Shown: one piece after another, positions 37,491-46,691 of the stretch | Layout of the letters: each line of letters begins with the position of its first letter | Position numbering within the stretch: the stretch's first letter is position 1 | Assembly (NCBI GenBank): GCA_037130925.1 | Contig: JBAXSC010000002.1 | Span: 89,185-153,184, forward strand | DNA from: Candidatus Nomurabacteria bacterium | GTDB taxonomy: Bacteria; Patescibacteriota; Minisyncoccia; Phycocordibacterales; UBA5272 | Reading direction: 5' to 3' | Length of the DNA: 64,000 nucleotides | Notes under the pieces: model-generated | Databases searched by the model: none | What the model was told of the DNA's origin: nothing | What the model saw: only the letters and a program-made list of their open reading frames with translations | Made by a program: the position numbers and the translations under genes

Positions 37491-39176
37491 ATGGCTACAT
37501 ATAATCAAAAAAATTATAAAACTCTAAAATTAACAAACTACTGCAGAAAATCTTCAGAAGGAGAAGATAGGCAGGTATTATCTCTCAATAGTCAAAAAGA
37601 TGAAGGAGAAAATATTAGATCATATTTTGAATTACCAAAATTTATAAGTTCTTATTCAGAAGCAAAATCAGCAAAACTTCCATATAAAAGAAACGAGTTT
37701 TCTCAAATGATAAAAGATATAAAATCTGGGAAAATAGATAGCATTGTTTGCTGGAAATTAGACCGTCTAGCGAGAAATATGGTTGAAGGTGGAGAAATTA
37801 TAGACCTATTAAGTTCAGGTGTCTTAAAAGCTATTTTTACAAAAGATAAGGTATGGCTTCCAACTGATAATGTTATCTTAATGGCAGTAGAATTTAGTCA
37901 AGGAACACAATACAGTATAGACCTATCTGAAAATGTAAAAAGAGGTCAACGAAATAAAGCTAAAGAAGGAACACCTACAGGTCTCGCCTCTCTAGGTTTT
38001 TTAAATAGCAAACAAGGAGACAAAGGTACTCGATGGTGGTATGTAAATGAAGAGAGTTTTAATAAAGTCAAAAAGTTATTTGAAGCATTTTTAGGAGGAA
38101 ACTATTCTGTCCGTAAATTACATAAATATGCAATTGAAGAATTGCATTTAACTACCCCTTTAAGAAAAAAACTTGGAGGTAAATCTATATCTGTTGCAAA
38201 TATTTATCATATACTCAAAAATCCTGTGTATGCTGGATTCTTTTATGTACAAGGTAAAAGATATGAGTTAACTAAAGAACTTCCAAGAATGATCACGGAA
38301 AAAGAATATGAAAAAATACAACAAATGATAAGTAATAATAGAAAACCAAAAAATTCTAAACATAAAGCAGATTATGCAGGATTTCTATTTGATGAAAAAA
38401 ATAAGATTATGTCTCAAGATATAAAATTTCAAATTGTCTGCGATTGTAAATTTAAATATGCTTTTAGAAACAAAAACAATTGTCCTAATTGCGGAAAAAA
38501 TGTAACTGATCTTGATAATCCAAAACATTTTATTCAGTCTTATTATTACAATAATAGAAAAAAGAAAGCCAGATTAAAGTATAAGTCTATTAAACAAGAA
38601 ACAATAGATAATTATCTATTGAATTTTATAAATGATAATTTGGATCTTCCTTTAGAAGTTTTAGAATGGTCTAAAAAATATATAAAAGAACTTAAAGATA
38701 AAGAAGTACAAGAAAACTTAGATAAAGTAAAAGATAAAGAAAAAAGACAAATTGAATATAATAAAAAGAAATTAAGAATAAGAGACATGTATAGAGATCT
38801 TCTTATTAATGAAGATGAATTTAAACAAGACAATGAAAGATTAGATACTGAATATAAAGATCTCTATCAAAACATAAAATCAATTGACTGGATGAAAGAA
38901 TTAAATAGTATCATGGATTTAACTTTTACTATAAAAGATAATATAGAACATGGAGACTACGAGACAAAAAGAATAATGTTAACAAGATTAAGTTCGAACT
39001 TAATTTGGAATGATGAAATACTCAATATTATCAACACTAATGAGATAGAGGAGCTTATAAAAGGATTAAAGATCGCAAAACCTATTATTTCAGGGTTCGG
39101 CAATCAAAAAGCCCTTGTAGAACAAGAGCTTAATGATAGAAACAGTGAATTATGTATTACTTTGCGGAAGTGGTGA
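37491..39176 (+). CDS. large serine recombinase (integrase)
   Basis: Resolvase domain (CRKSSEGEDRQVLSLNSQ, LDRLARNMVEGG), recombinase domain, Zn-ribbon (CDCKF...CPNCG) and coiled-coil. The last 12 nt overlap tRNA-Ser. Confidence 0.9.
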   Translation: MATYNQKNYKTLKLTNYCRKSSEGEDRQVLSLNSQKDEGENIRSYFELPKFISSYSEAKSAKLPYKRNEFSQMIKDIKSGKIDSIVCWKLDRLARNMVEGGEIIDLLSSGVLKAIFTKDKVWLPTDNVILMAVEFSQGTQYSIDLSENVKRGQRNKAKEGTPTGLASLGFLNSKQGDKGTRWWYVNEESFNKVKKLFEAFLGGNYSVRKLHKYAIEELHLTTPLRKKLGGKSISVANIYHILKNPVYAGFFYVQGKRYELTKELPRMITEKEYEKIQQMISNNRKPKNSKHKADYAGFLFDEKNKIMSQDIKFQIVCDCKFKYAFRNKNNCPNCGKNVTDLDNPKHFIQSYYYNNRKKKARLKYKSIKQETIDNYLLNFINDNLDLPLEVLEWSKKYIKELKDKEVQENLDKVKDKEKRQIEYNKKKLRIRDMYRDLLINEDEFKQDNERLDTEYKDLYQNIKSIDWMKELNSIMDLTFTIKDNIEHGDYETKRIMLTRLSSNLIWNDEILNIINTNEIEELIKGLKIAKPIISGFGNQKALVEQELNDRNSELCITLRKW

Positions 39177-39249
39177 GATTCGAACTCACGATGAGTTTCC
39201 CCATGCCGGTTTTCAAGACCGGTGCCTTCAACCACTCGGCCACACTTCC
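39165..39249 (-). tRNA. tRNA-Ser (anticodon TGA)
   Basis: Reverse complement is GGAAGTG-TG-GCC...anticodon arm CCGGT-CTTGAAA-ACCGG, a long variable arm, T arm GTGAG-TTCGAAT-CTCAC, then CACTTCC-G. No CCA. Confidence 0.9.
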
Positions 39250-39322
39250 ATATTTAATTGTCTTAAAATAATAGCATAAAAATCTTTTTTTTAAAAGTTT
39301 TTAAAATTATCTTAAAACAATA

Positions 39323-40390
39323 TTATTCTTCAAATTTCTCTAAATAAGTAGTCAATTGTCTATTAACTTTTATAAAAGTAGCTCTTTTTGAAAACTCTTT
39401 TAATCTTCTGGCTCCAATATATGTACCAGTACTTCTGAGAGACCCAAATAAATCCTGTAAAAATACTTCCATTTTTCCTTTATAAGGCATTAATACATAT
39501 CTCCCCTCACTCGCTCTATGACTTTCTTTTTTTCCATAAAATTCTTCAAGAGCTTTATTTGAAGAAGATCCAAAATATTCTTTAAACTTTTTTCCATTTT
39601 TTTCTACAACTTCTCCAGCACTTTCATCAAATCCAGAAAATAAAGATCCGCACATATTAAAGTCTGCTCCACCACAAAATGCCTTAGCAATACAAGATGG
39701 ATACTGTTGACCACCGTCAGCAATGACTAATCCAGACTTTCCTTCTCCACTAGAAAGTCCGTGTGCAGCATCAGAACATTCTATAACAGCCGAAAGTTGA
39801 GGATATCCGACACCTGTCATTTTTCTTGTTGTACAAACAGATCCAGGTCCAATACCTACTTTTACAATATCTGCTCCAGCTAAAATAATTTCTTCTGTCA
39901 TTTCATTTGTCACAACATTACCAGCAATAATAATATGATCCTTACACATCTCTCTTATAATTCTTATTGTTTCAACAAACCTATTTAAATATCCATTTGG
40001 TACGTCAATACAAATAAATGAAAAATATTTATCTGCACCTCTTTCAATTATTTTTTTTAATTTCTCAATATCTTCATCTCTTATACCAAGAGTATAAATT
40101 ATATAATCAGGATTATTAAAATTTTTTAATTTTTCTTCAAGCTCATCTATCTCATAATATTTATGAAGAGCTGTAAGCATTTTATGTTTTGATAAAGCTT
40201 CTGCCATTTCAAAAGTTCCACTTGTTGCCATATTTGCAGCCATGATCGGTATACCTGTCCAAGTTTTTGGAGAATGGTAAAATTTAAAAGACCTTTCAAG
40301 ATCTACTTCTTTACGACTTATAATAGTACTTCTCTTTGGTCTAAGTAACACATCTGCATAATCTAATTTAATTTCTTCGTCTATTCTCAT
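39323..40390 (-). CDS. guaC: GMP reductase
   Basis: Close match by eye along its length to GuaC: [22 protein letters not shown]..., [31 protein letters not shown]. Start set at MRIDEE. Confidence 0.93.
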   Translation of the reverse strand: MRIDEEIKLDYADVLLRPKRSTIISRKEVDLERSFKFYHSPKTWTGIPIMAANMATSGTFEMAEALSKHKMLTALHKYYEIDELEEKLKNFNNPDYIIYTLGIRDEDIEKLKKIIERGADKYFSFICIDVPNGYLNRFVETIRIIREMCKDHIIIAGNVVTNEMTEEIILAGADIVKVGIGPGSVCTTRKMTGVGYPQLSAVIECSDAAHGLSSGEGKSGLVIADGGQQYPSCIAKAFCGGADFNMCGSLFSGFDESAGEVVEKNGKKFKEYFGSSSNKALEEFYGKKESHRASEGRYVLMPYKGKMEVFLQDLFGSLRSTGTYIGARRLKEFSKRATFIKVNRQLTTYLEKFEE

Positions 40391-40449
40391 ACCAAGAAAG
40401 TATAACATGTGTATTAATAAAAATAATATGTTAATATTTGTTAATAATT

Positions 40450-40917
40450 ATGAAAATAGTAATCTTGGACAATGTGCGTAGTGCATTAAATATTGGAGCA
40501 ATTTTCCGTACAAGTAGCGGAATTGGAGTAGATAAAATCTATATTTGTGGAATATCTCCCACCCCTTTTGATAAAAGAGGCTTAAAAAGAAAAGACTTTA
40601 TAAAAACAGCTCTCGGATCTGAGGATGAAATAGAATGGGAATATAAAGAAAACATTTTAGAACTAATTACAGAATTGAAAGAAAATAATTTTGAGATAAT
40701 AGGACTAGAGCAAAATGAAAAAAGTGTAGATTATAAAAATCTAAAAATAAATAATAAAAATATTGCAGTAGTCGTAGGAAGTGAGACTGACGGAATACAA
40801 GAAGACGTTTTAAATCTTTGTGATCAAATTACAGAAATACCAATGCTTGGATTAAAAGAGTCTCTCAATGTCACAATTGCCTATGCTATTTTAGCTTATC
40901 GAATTTGGGATAAATAA
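40450..40917 (+). CDS. SpoU/TrmH-family RNA 2'-O-methyltransferase
   Basis: Motifs NIGAIFRTS, VVGSETDGI and IPMLGLKESLNVTIAYAI. Confidence 0.85.
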   Translation: MKIVILDNVRSALNIGAIFRTSSGIGVDKIYICGISPTPFDKRGLKRKDFIKTALGSEDEIEWEYKENILELITELKENNFEIIGLEQNEKSVDYKNLKINNKNIAVVVGSETDGIQEDVLNLCDQITEIPMLGLKESLNVTIAYAILAYRIWDK

Positions 40918-40971
40918 TTTTATAAAAAATAAAAACCAGTCAAATCTATAAGACTTAACTGGCTTCAAAAA

Positions 40972-41604
40972 TCAAACCAATTCTTTTGTAAAGTTTATCA
41001 ACATTAAAATAGAATAAAAAAATTCTTTGATCACTCCAGGTTTTTCTTCTTTCTTAAAACAATAATCAATAACTATCGGATCAAGAAAAAGATTTTCTAG
41101 AAGCAAATTTTCTGACAACCATTTTTTAAGATTATTCTTGTTTTCCAAAGAAACAATAACTCCCTTAGACCAGTTATCTCCATTTGGTATTAAAGAAAAC
41201 AACTCTCCAGCAATACCTCTTCTATAATCTCTTCCTAAATGATTACTTAAATCATCATAAAAAAGAAAAGAAATAAGAATATTTAAATAAATAATTTTAT
41301 TTAAATTAAAAGATGGAATAATTTTTAGCAATCTAAAAAGAGAAGAATCTTCTTTAATGTTTTTAAAATTATAATCAAAAGCAATATATTTACCAGAAAG
41401 AAGCATATAAGGATAAGACCCTTTTGAATTAAGAACATATTGAAATGTTCTATGTTCTAAAGAAAGATTTTCGGATTGAAATCTAAATTTTTCTTTTTCT
41501 TTTTTAATGTCTTCCAATACTGGATTTGAGCTTGAAGATTTAAATTCTTCAATTAAAATATCAATAAATATTTTATTGATTACTAAATAATTTTTCTTTT
41601 GCAT
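40972..41604 (-). CDS. hypothetical protein
   Basis: 210-aa ORF; no motif recognised. Confidence 0.5.
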   Translation of the reverse strand: MQKKNYLVINKIFIDILIEEFKSSSSNPVLEDIKKEKEKFRFQSENLSLEHRTFQYVLNSKGSYPYMLLSGKYIAFDYNFKNIKEDSSLFRLLKIIPSFNLNKIIYLNILISFLFYDDLSNHLGRDYRRGIAGELFSLIPNGDNWSKGVIVSLENKNNLKKWLSENLLLENLFLDPIVIDYCFKKEEKPGVIKEFFYSILMLINFTKELV

Positions 41605-41753
41605 TTATAAAAGATTTTATACCTAGGCGAAATAGGCGTGAATTAAAAGTGCAAATTCAATTCTTCGCTCCAAATTAAATTTATATTAAAATACCACATT
41701 CAAAACAAAATGTAAATTGATAATTTAAATCAATAAATAATAACTTTATAATG

Positions 41754-41825
41754 TGCTCTCGCGTGGAATCGAACCACGATCGCAGGTACCGCAAACCTGC
41801 ATTCTATCCGTTGAACTACGAGAGC
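41754..41825 (-). tRNA. tRNA-Arg (anticodon GCG)
   Basis: Reverse complement is GCTCTCG-TA-GTTC...anticodon arm CAGGT-TTGCGGT-ACCTG, T arm CGTGG-TTCGATT-CCACG, then CGAGAGC-A. No CCA. Confidence 0.85.
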
Positions 41826-41865
41826 TAAATTCCCTCCAAAAAATTAAGGAGGGATTTAGTGGAAA

Positions 41866-42132
41866 CTATTTTTCTAACTTTGCTATAGCTTTTGCAAGTC
41901 TAGACTTCTTTCTGTTTGCTGTACCTTTTTTGATAACCCCTCTTTTTGCAGCCTTATCAAGTGCGGCGAAAGTTTTAGGAAGATTTCCCACTGCCTCTTT
42001 CTTGTTTTTTGCAACAATAAGAGAGCGAGTTACTTTAACTTCCTCTTTCATTACCTTTTTTCTTTTATCGTTTACAACTTTTCTTTTTTCTGCTGAACGA
42101 AAAGCTCTTTTTGCTGTTTTAGTTACTGCCAT
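41866..42132 (-). CDS. rpsT: 30S ribosomal protein S20
   Basis: MAVTKTAKRAFRSAEKRKVVNDKRK...LDKAAKRGVIKKGTANRKKSRLAKAI. Confidence 0.93.
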   Translation of the reverse strand: MAVTKTAKRAFRSAEKRKVVNDKRKKVMKEEVKVTRSLIVAKNKKEAVGNLPKTFAALDKAAKRGVIKKGTANRKKSRLAKAIAKLEK

Positions 42133-42191
42133 ATATATTTATAATTGTTTGTTTTAATATTAAATGATTTTATATATAATACTACATTTTT

Positions 42192-42221
42192 GAAAAAAAA
42201 TAAAGCCAGCATATAGCTGGC
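42192..42221 (-). terminator. intrinsic terminator downstream of the gmk-like gene
   Basis: GCCAGC-TATAT-GCTGGC on the minus strand followed by TTTATTTTTTTT. Confidence 0.7.
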
Positions 42222-42248
42222 CAAATTTCGCAAAAGAACTTAAAAGTC

Positions 42249-42887
42249 TTAAAAGAAAAGTTTCTCAAACAATTCTATTGTAGAAGGAAGACTGTTTTCG
42301 ACATTTTCAATTTTTGTAAAAATTTCTGGATGTTGAATAACTGCCTTATATTCTCCAATAGCTGTTTCTGTTCTAGTTAAAAGATCCTTTTCAGAAAAAG
42401 AATCTTTTCTTTTTTCAAAAGACTTTTTAATTTGTTCAAAGATTTTTTGCCTGTCTCTGGATTCGTCAAAATCATCTGGAGAAATGTTTCTCCATAAAAA
42501 AACAGGAAGAATCTGAACATCTTTTAAATGTTTTTCTCCTTCATCTCTTTTATCGATCAGGCGCATAGCACCTTTTACATCGATATCCAAAACCAAATCC
42601 CTTCCCAATTTTTTTGCTGCCTGAAAAAAAATTAATGGTGTTCCATAGTACTCATCATTAACTAATTCATTTTCAAGAAAAAAATCTTGATCAGCCATAA
42701 CACGAAATAGTTCAGGATCCACCTTTACATATTTCTTAGCAGAATCTAAGTCACTATGTCTTGGAGGTCTAGTACATATTGAAGGTGGACAGATAAATCT
42801 ATCACCAGCAAGACCAAGAAGACCACCAATCACAGAAGATTTCCCCGCACCATATATTCCGGTGATAGGAATAATTTTTGTACACAT
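42249..42887 (-). CDS. guanylate kinase-like P-loop protein
   Basis: P-loop GIYGAGKSS, then CTRPPR and EYYGTP resembling the Gmk TTRxPR / YGT motifs. Divergent. Confidence 0.6.
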   Translation of the reverse strand: MCTKIIPITGIYGAGKSSVIGGLLGLAGDRFICPPSICTRPPRHSDLDSAKKYVKVDPELFRVMADQDFFLENELVNDEYYGTPLIFFQAAKKLGRDLVLDIDVKGAMRLIDKRDEGEKHLKDVQILPVFLWRNISPDDFDESRDRQKIFEQIKKSFEKRKDSFSEKDLLTRTETAIGEYKAVIQHPEIFTKIENVENSLPSTIELFEKLFF

Positions 42888-43076
42888 CTTATACAGTTTA
42901 ATTGTTTAAAAGAAATTGTTTATTTTTAACCGAATACATACTACCACATAATATTAATTTACTCAATACTTTCAAAAAGTCAATTTTCGTCAAGATTTTA
43001 AATATAAATAAATAGTATATAATTAAGAAATAGTGAGATATTAATATTATTAAAATTTAAATAATAAAAACTTTTT

Positions 43077-43658
43077 ATGAAAAATAAATTAACAAAATTT
43101 GGTATTGGAGCAGTAGCAACAATAGCAATAATCAGTGGAGCAATCTTTGCTTCAGCACAAAATACACCAGCAGCTACACAAGCAGCACCTGAAGCTGTAA
43201 ATGCACAACAAATTGATTCTCCTGTTTATAATGGAAATGGATTTGGAATGATGAATAAAGATGGAAACGGAAATTGGTCAATGAGAAATACTTTTGGAGA
43301 CGCAAAAGGAAATTCTGACGTTCGTGATTTTAGTCAATTAAAGAGCTTCTTACCAGCTATCGCTCTTGGATTTTTAGGAGCAGGGATTATATTATCAATT
43401 ATCGCCCTATTATTCTTAGCTTTCTGGATTTGGATGTTGGTACATGCGATTAAAAGCGATATCGAATACAAGCCAGTTTGGATTTTAGTTTTAGGATTAA
43501 TGGGAATCTTAGGAGCAATAATCTACTATTTTGCAGTTAAGAGAGAATATGATTCTTGGGTAGAAGGAGACTGTGACTGTGAAGACTGCTCTTGTGAAGT
43601 CACAGAAGAAAAATGTGGAACATGTGGAAACGAAGTTTGTATTTGTGAAATTAAATAA
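43077..43658 (+). CDS. secreted/membrane protein with PLD-N-terminal-like TM pair and Cys-rich acidic tail
   Basis: Signal peptide; WIWMLVHAIKSD...ILGAIIYYF (PLDc_N-like); C-terminal CDCEDCSCEVTEEKCGTCGNEVCICE. Confidence 0.55.
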   Translation: MKNKLTKFGIGAVATIAIISGAIFASAQNTPAATQAAPEAVNAQQIDSPVYNGNGFGMMNKDGNGNWSMRNTFGDAKGNSDVRDFSQLKSFLPAIALGFLGAGIILSIIALLFLAFWIWMLVHAIKSDIEYKPVWILVLGLMGILGAIIYYFAVKREYDSWVEGDCDCEDCSCEVTEEKCGTCGNEVCICEIK

Positions 43659-43679
43659 TTTAAATATTTAATTCAAAAT

Positions 43680-43707
43680 AAAAACCATCAGATATATGAT
43701 GGTTTTT
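43680..43707. terminator. bidirectional intrinsic terminator between convergent genes
   Basis: AAAAACCATCA-GATATA-TGATGGTTTTT. Confidence 0.75.
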
Positions 43708-43721
43708 ATTTTTATGTCTTT

Positions 43722-44729
43722 TTAATAATTCACGCTATCAATTATATTAAAACACTGATATCCAGATTTATGAGCTCTCCAATAATAAGAAGAGTCACTT
43801 TGCCCCATCTTGTCTGAAGACGTGTGAAATGTCATACAAATATTGTATGAAAAATTTGAAGAGGATGTATTATTTATCAGATTTCCAGGATTATAAACAT
43901 AATATTCACCTGTCTCTTTATCCATAAGACTTTGTCTGTCAACATTTACCATGTCTTGTAGAGAGCCAGGTAAAGCTTTATTTTGCCTTACAGAATACTC
44001 GATATTACTTTTAATATTATTAATATCTTGTAATTTTTGAGAATCTAACTTTTGATTACGAATTTCAGTTGGAGTTCCAAACACATTAACACTCCAAATA
44101 ATTCCTGAAACTACCAACACAAGACTCAATAAAGAAATAATACGAGGTATATAAGTCTCTTTTGCATAATCTCTTTTAAGAGAATAATAAAAATAGAAAA
44201 ATAAAATAACAGACATTAAAACTATAACTACAGCTTTTAATAAGAAACTATTTGTGGTTGAACCTAGAAGCCAATTATAAATAGTACAAATAAGAGTCGC
44301 TATTATACTAACAACAGAAGATACCAATAATGTATAAATTACAGCTTTTCTGATTGGTAAATCTATTTTAAGCGGATTCTTTTTTAATTCTTTTGAAATT
44401 AAAAATGCAAAAACTAAAAATAATGGGAATACTATTACAAGTGTAGCGATCATCATCGCCTGTTCACTAGGCATTCCACTATCATATCCATAATAATTAT
44501 AACCAAAAAGATCTGGATAAATCCTATCAATAGTATCAAATAACATTATTAAAAATGTACTAATTGACAAAGTTAGCATTATAAACATTCCAAAATGAAA
44601 TAAAACGTCCTTTCCTGTGGAAATATTTTCCAGCTCTGGTTTTGATTTAATATTCTTTTTTACAATTAACAAAACAACTAAACCTAGTATCACATACCAA
44701 AAAAACGACAAAAATGAATAAATATACAT
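43722..44729 (-). CDS. multi-pass membrane protein with C-terminal extracytoplasmic domain
   Basis: 335-aa ORF with about 6 TM segments followed by a soluble Cys-containing tail. Confidence 0.55.
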   Translation of the reverse strand: MYIYSFLSFFWYVILGLVVLLIVKKNIKSKPELENISTGKDVLFHFGMFIMLTLSISTFLIMLFDTIDRIYPDLFGYNYYGYDSGMPSEQAMMIATLVIVFPLFLVFAFLISKELKKNPLKIDLPIRKAVIYTLLVSSVVSIIATLICTIYNWLLGSTTNSFLLKAVVIVLMSVILFFYFYYSLKRDYAKETYIPRIISLLSLVLVVSGIIWSVNVFGTPTEIRNQKLDSQKLQDINNIKSNIEYSVRQNKALPGSLQDMVNVDRQSLMDKETGEYYVYNPGNLINNTSSSNFSYNICMTFHTSSDKMGQSDSSYYWRAHKSGYQCFNIIDSVNY

Positions 44730-44811
44730 AATTTTATTATTAACGAATAATATAGATATTATAGCCTATTTTTAAATAAGTCAAAAAATGCTAAAATTAC
44801 TAATAAATAAT

Positions 44812-45417
44812 ATGATTAGCTTTTTAACTGGAAATATAAGAAATATAAACGAGAAATATCTAACAGTCTTAACATCTTCTGGTGTTGGATATAAAGTGTT
44901 CACCCCTCTCAGCACATTACTTTCTGTAGAAGAAAATCAAAAAGTAGAAATGATGATACATACCTCAGTCAAAGACGACACGATTGATCTTTTTGGTTTT
45001 ATTAAAAAAGAAGAATTAGAAATGTTTGAAAAACTTATCACTGTCTCTGGAGTTGGGCCAAGGTCTGCTCTAACAATGTTATCTGTCTCAAGTATACAAA
45101 ATATTGCTATCGCTGTAGAAAATGGAGATGCAAATTTACTTTCTGGAATACCAGGAGTAGGAAGAAAAAGTTGTGAAAAAATAATTATCGAGTTAAAAGG
45201 AAAACTCTCTTCATTTATCAAAACAGGTAAAGAGGTTAATTTAAAAGACAGAAATATCACAGAAGAAAATGATGCTCGCCTCGCCCTTATTTCACTTGGC
45301 TACAATGAAAAAGATATTAATGTTGCAGTAAATCAAACAAAAGAAAAACTTGATGGAAAATTTGAAAACATGAAAGCAAATGAAATAATAAAAGAAGTTT
45401 TAAAATATTTAAGATAA
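44812..45417 (+). CDS. ruvA: Holliday junction branch migration protein RuvA
   Basis: MISFLTGNI...GVGYKVF...LITVSGVGPRSALTMLS...IPGVGRKSCEKII (HhH motifs). Start set at the internal ATG. Confidence 0.9.
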   Translation: MISFLTGNIRNINEKYLTVLTSSGVGYKVFTPLSTLLSVEENQKVEMMIHTSVKDDTIDLFGFIKKEELEMFEKLITVSGVGPRSALTMLSVSSIQNIAIAVENGDANLLSGIPGVGRKSCEKIIIELKGKLSSFIKTGKEVNLKDRNITEENDARLALISLGYNEKDINVAVNQTKEKLDGKFENMKANEIIKEVLKYLR

Positions 45418-45423
45418 ATAAAT

Positions 45424-46323
45424 ATGCCAGAATTGCCAGAAGTAGAATCTCTAAGACTAGGACTAGAAAGAAAAATAATCGGAAGTAAAATAATAGATTG
45501 TGAAATATTAAAACCAAAAATAATTTCCGGAAATAGCACAAAAAGAAAAGCTTCACAAAAAATATCAAATTCTTTTTTGGAAAATATTAGAAATAGAAAA
45601 ATAAAATCCATAAAAAGAATAGCTAAAAATTTAATTTTAGAATTGGACAATTCTAGTGTTTTAATTGTTCATTTAAAAATGACAGGACAATTAGTTTTTG
45701 TTGGAAATAAAAAAGAAAAAGTTTTAGGCGGGCATCCTATCACAGAAAGCTATATTAATTCACTCCCAAATAAGCACACATGTCTCATTTTTAATCTTGA
45801 TAATGGAAATCTTTTTTATAATGATGTCAGAATGTTCGGATATGTACTTTATTATAAAAATATAGATGAGGCAGTAATGTCAGGACATTTTAAAAAAATA
45901 GGACTCGAGCCTTTTGATAAAAATTTTACTCTCGACTATTTTAAAAAAGAATTAAAAAATAAAAATAGAAATTTAAAAAGCGTTTTACTTGATCAGTCTA
46001 TAGTGAATGGCTGTGGAAATATTTATACAGACGAGATTTGTTTTGCTTCAAAAGTTTTACCGATGAGAAATTGTAAAAGCATTACAGAAAAAGAAGCAGA
46101 ATTACTACATAAAAATATAAAGAGAATTTTAGCTCTGGCCATAGAACATGGAGGATCTTCAATATCAGATTATCTTTTAGCGGACGGAAGCAGAGGAAAT
46201 TATGCGAGACTACATAAAGTTTATGGAAAAGCAGGAGAGAAATGCCTTGTCTGTAAAACTATTTTGAAGAAAGAAATTATTTCTGGACGAAGTACTGTCT
46301 TTTGTCCAAACTGTCAAAAATAA
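45424..46323 (+). CDS. mutM: formamidopyrimidine-DNA glycosylase
   Basis: MPELPEVE N-terminus, H2TH region, and C-terminal zinc finger CLVCKT...CPNCQ. Confidence 0.93.
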   Translation: MPELPEVESLRLGLERKIIGSKIIDCEILKPKIISGNSTKRKASQKISNSFLENIRNRKIKSIKRIAKNLILELDNSSVLIVHLKMTGQLVFVGNKKEKVLGGHPITESYINSLPNKHTCLIFNLDNGNLFYNDVRMFGYVLYYKNIDEAVMSGHFKKIGLEPFDKNFTLDYFKKELKNKNRNLKSVLLDQSIVNGCGNIYTDEICFASKVLPMRNCKSITEKEAELLHKNIKRILALAIEHGGSSISDYLLADGSRGNYARLHKVYGKAGEKCLVCKTILKKEIISGRSTVFCPNCQK

Positions 46324-46330
46324 TTTTAAA

Positions 46331-46609
46331 TTAATTTTGAACTTTAATAGTATTAGTATCTGGACTATTACTAAAACTTTTTTTATTTAGACTGTCTTGT
46401 GTCGTAGCATCAATTTGCTTACCGGTATTTATTGGCAATATTTCCTGAGCACCAGTTTGTAAATCAATATTTGAACTATTAATACTACCAGTATCATAAT
46501 CATACTTAACATATGGCTTTATATTTTCTGTCCTTTGTGGACCACCAGTAAAATACCAAACAAGCCATATTACCCAAAATCCGGCGAATATTTTCAAAAA
46601 AGTTTTCAT
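46331..46609 (-). CDS. small membrane-anchored hypothetical protein
   Basis: 92-aa ORF with an N-terminal TM helix. Confidence 0.45.
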   Translation of the reverse strand: MKTFLKIFAGFWVIWLVWYFTGGPQRTENIKPYVKYDYDTGSINSSNIDLQTGAQEILPINTGKQIDATTQDSLNKKSFSNSPDTNTIKVQN

Positions 46610-46691
46610 AACAGGTTATTTATAAAAAATTATAACATGAGATAAAATATAAAATCTATTAAAATAGACATATGTTATAATTTTAATAATT

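Larger units (their letters stand above)
29142..39169. mobile_element. about 10-kb integrated element at tRNA-Ser (proposed boundaries)
   Basis: The right end is the LSR gene running into the tRNA-Ser 3' end. The 7-nt TGCGGAA at 39163-39169 repeats at 29135-29141, next to an orphan terminator. Cargo is accessory-type: repeat protein, 937-aa TM protein, TerS-like gene and small ORFs. Confidence 0.5.

Noticed and set aside
41753-42157. 134-aa plus-strand ORF
   Set aside because: It is antisense to tRNA-Arg and to rpsT, so it is spurious.
45317-45650. Two overlapping minus-strand ORFs (83 and 105 aa)
   Set aside because: They are antisense to the ruvA 3' end and the mutM 5' end, and their Phe/Leu/Ile-rich translations are typical of antisense AT-rich frames.
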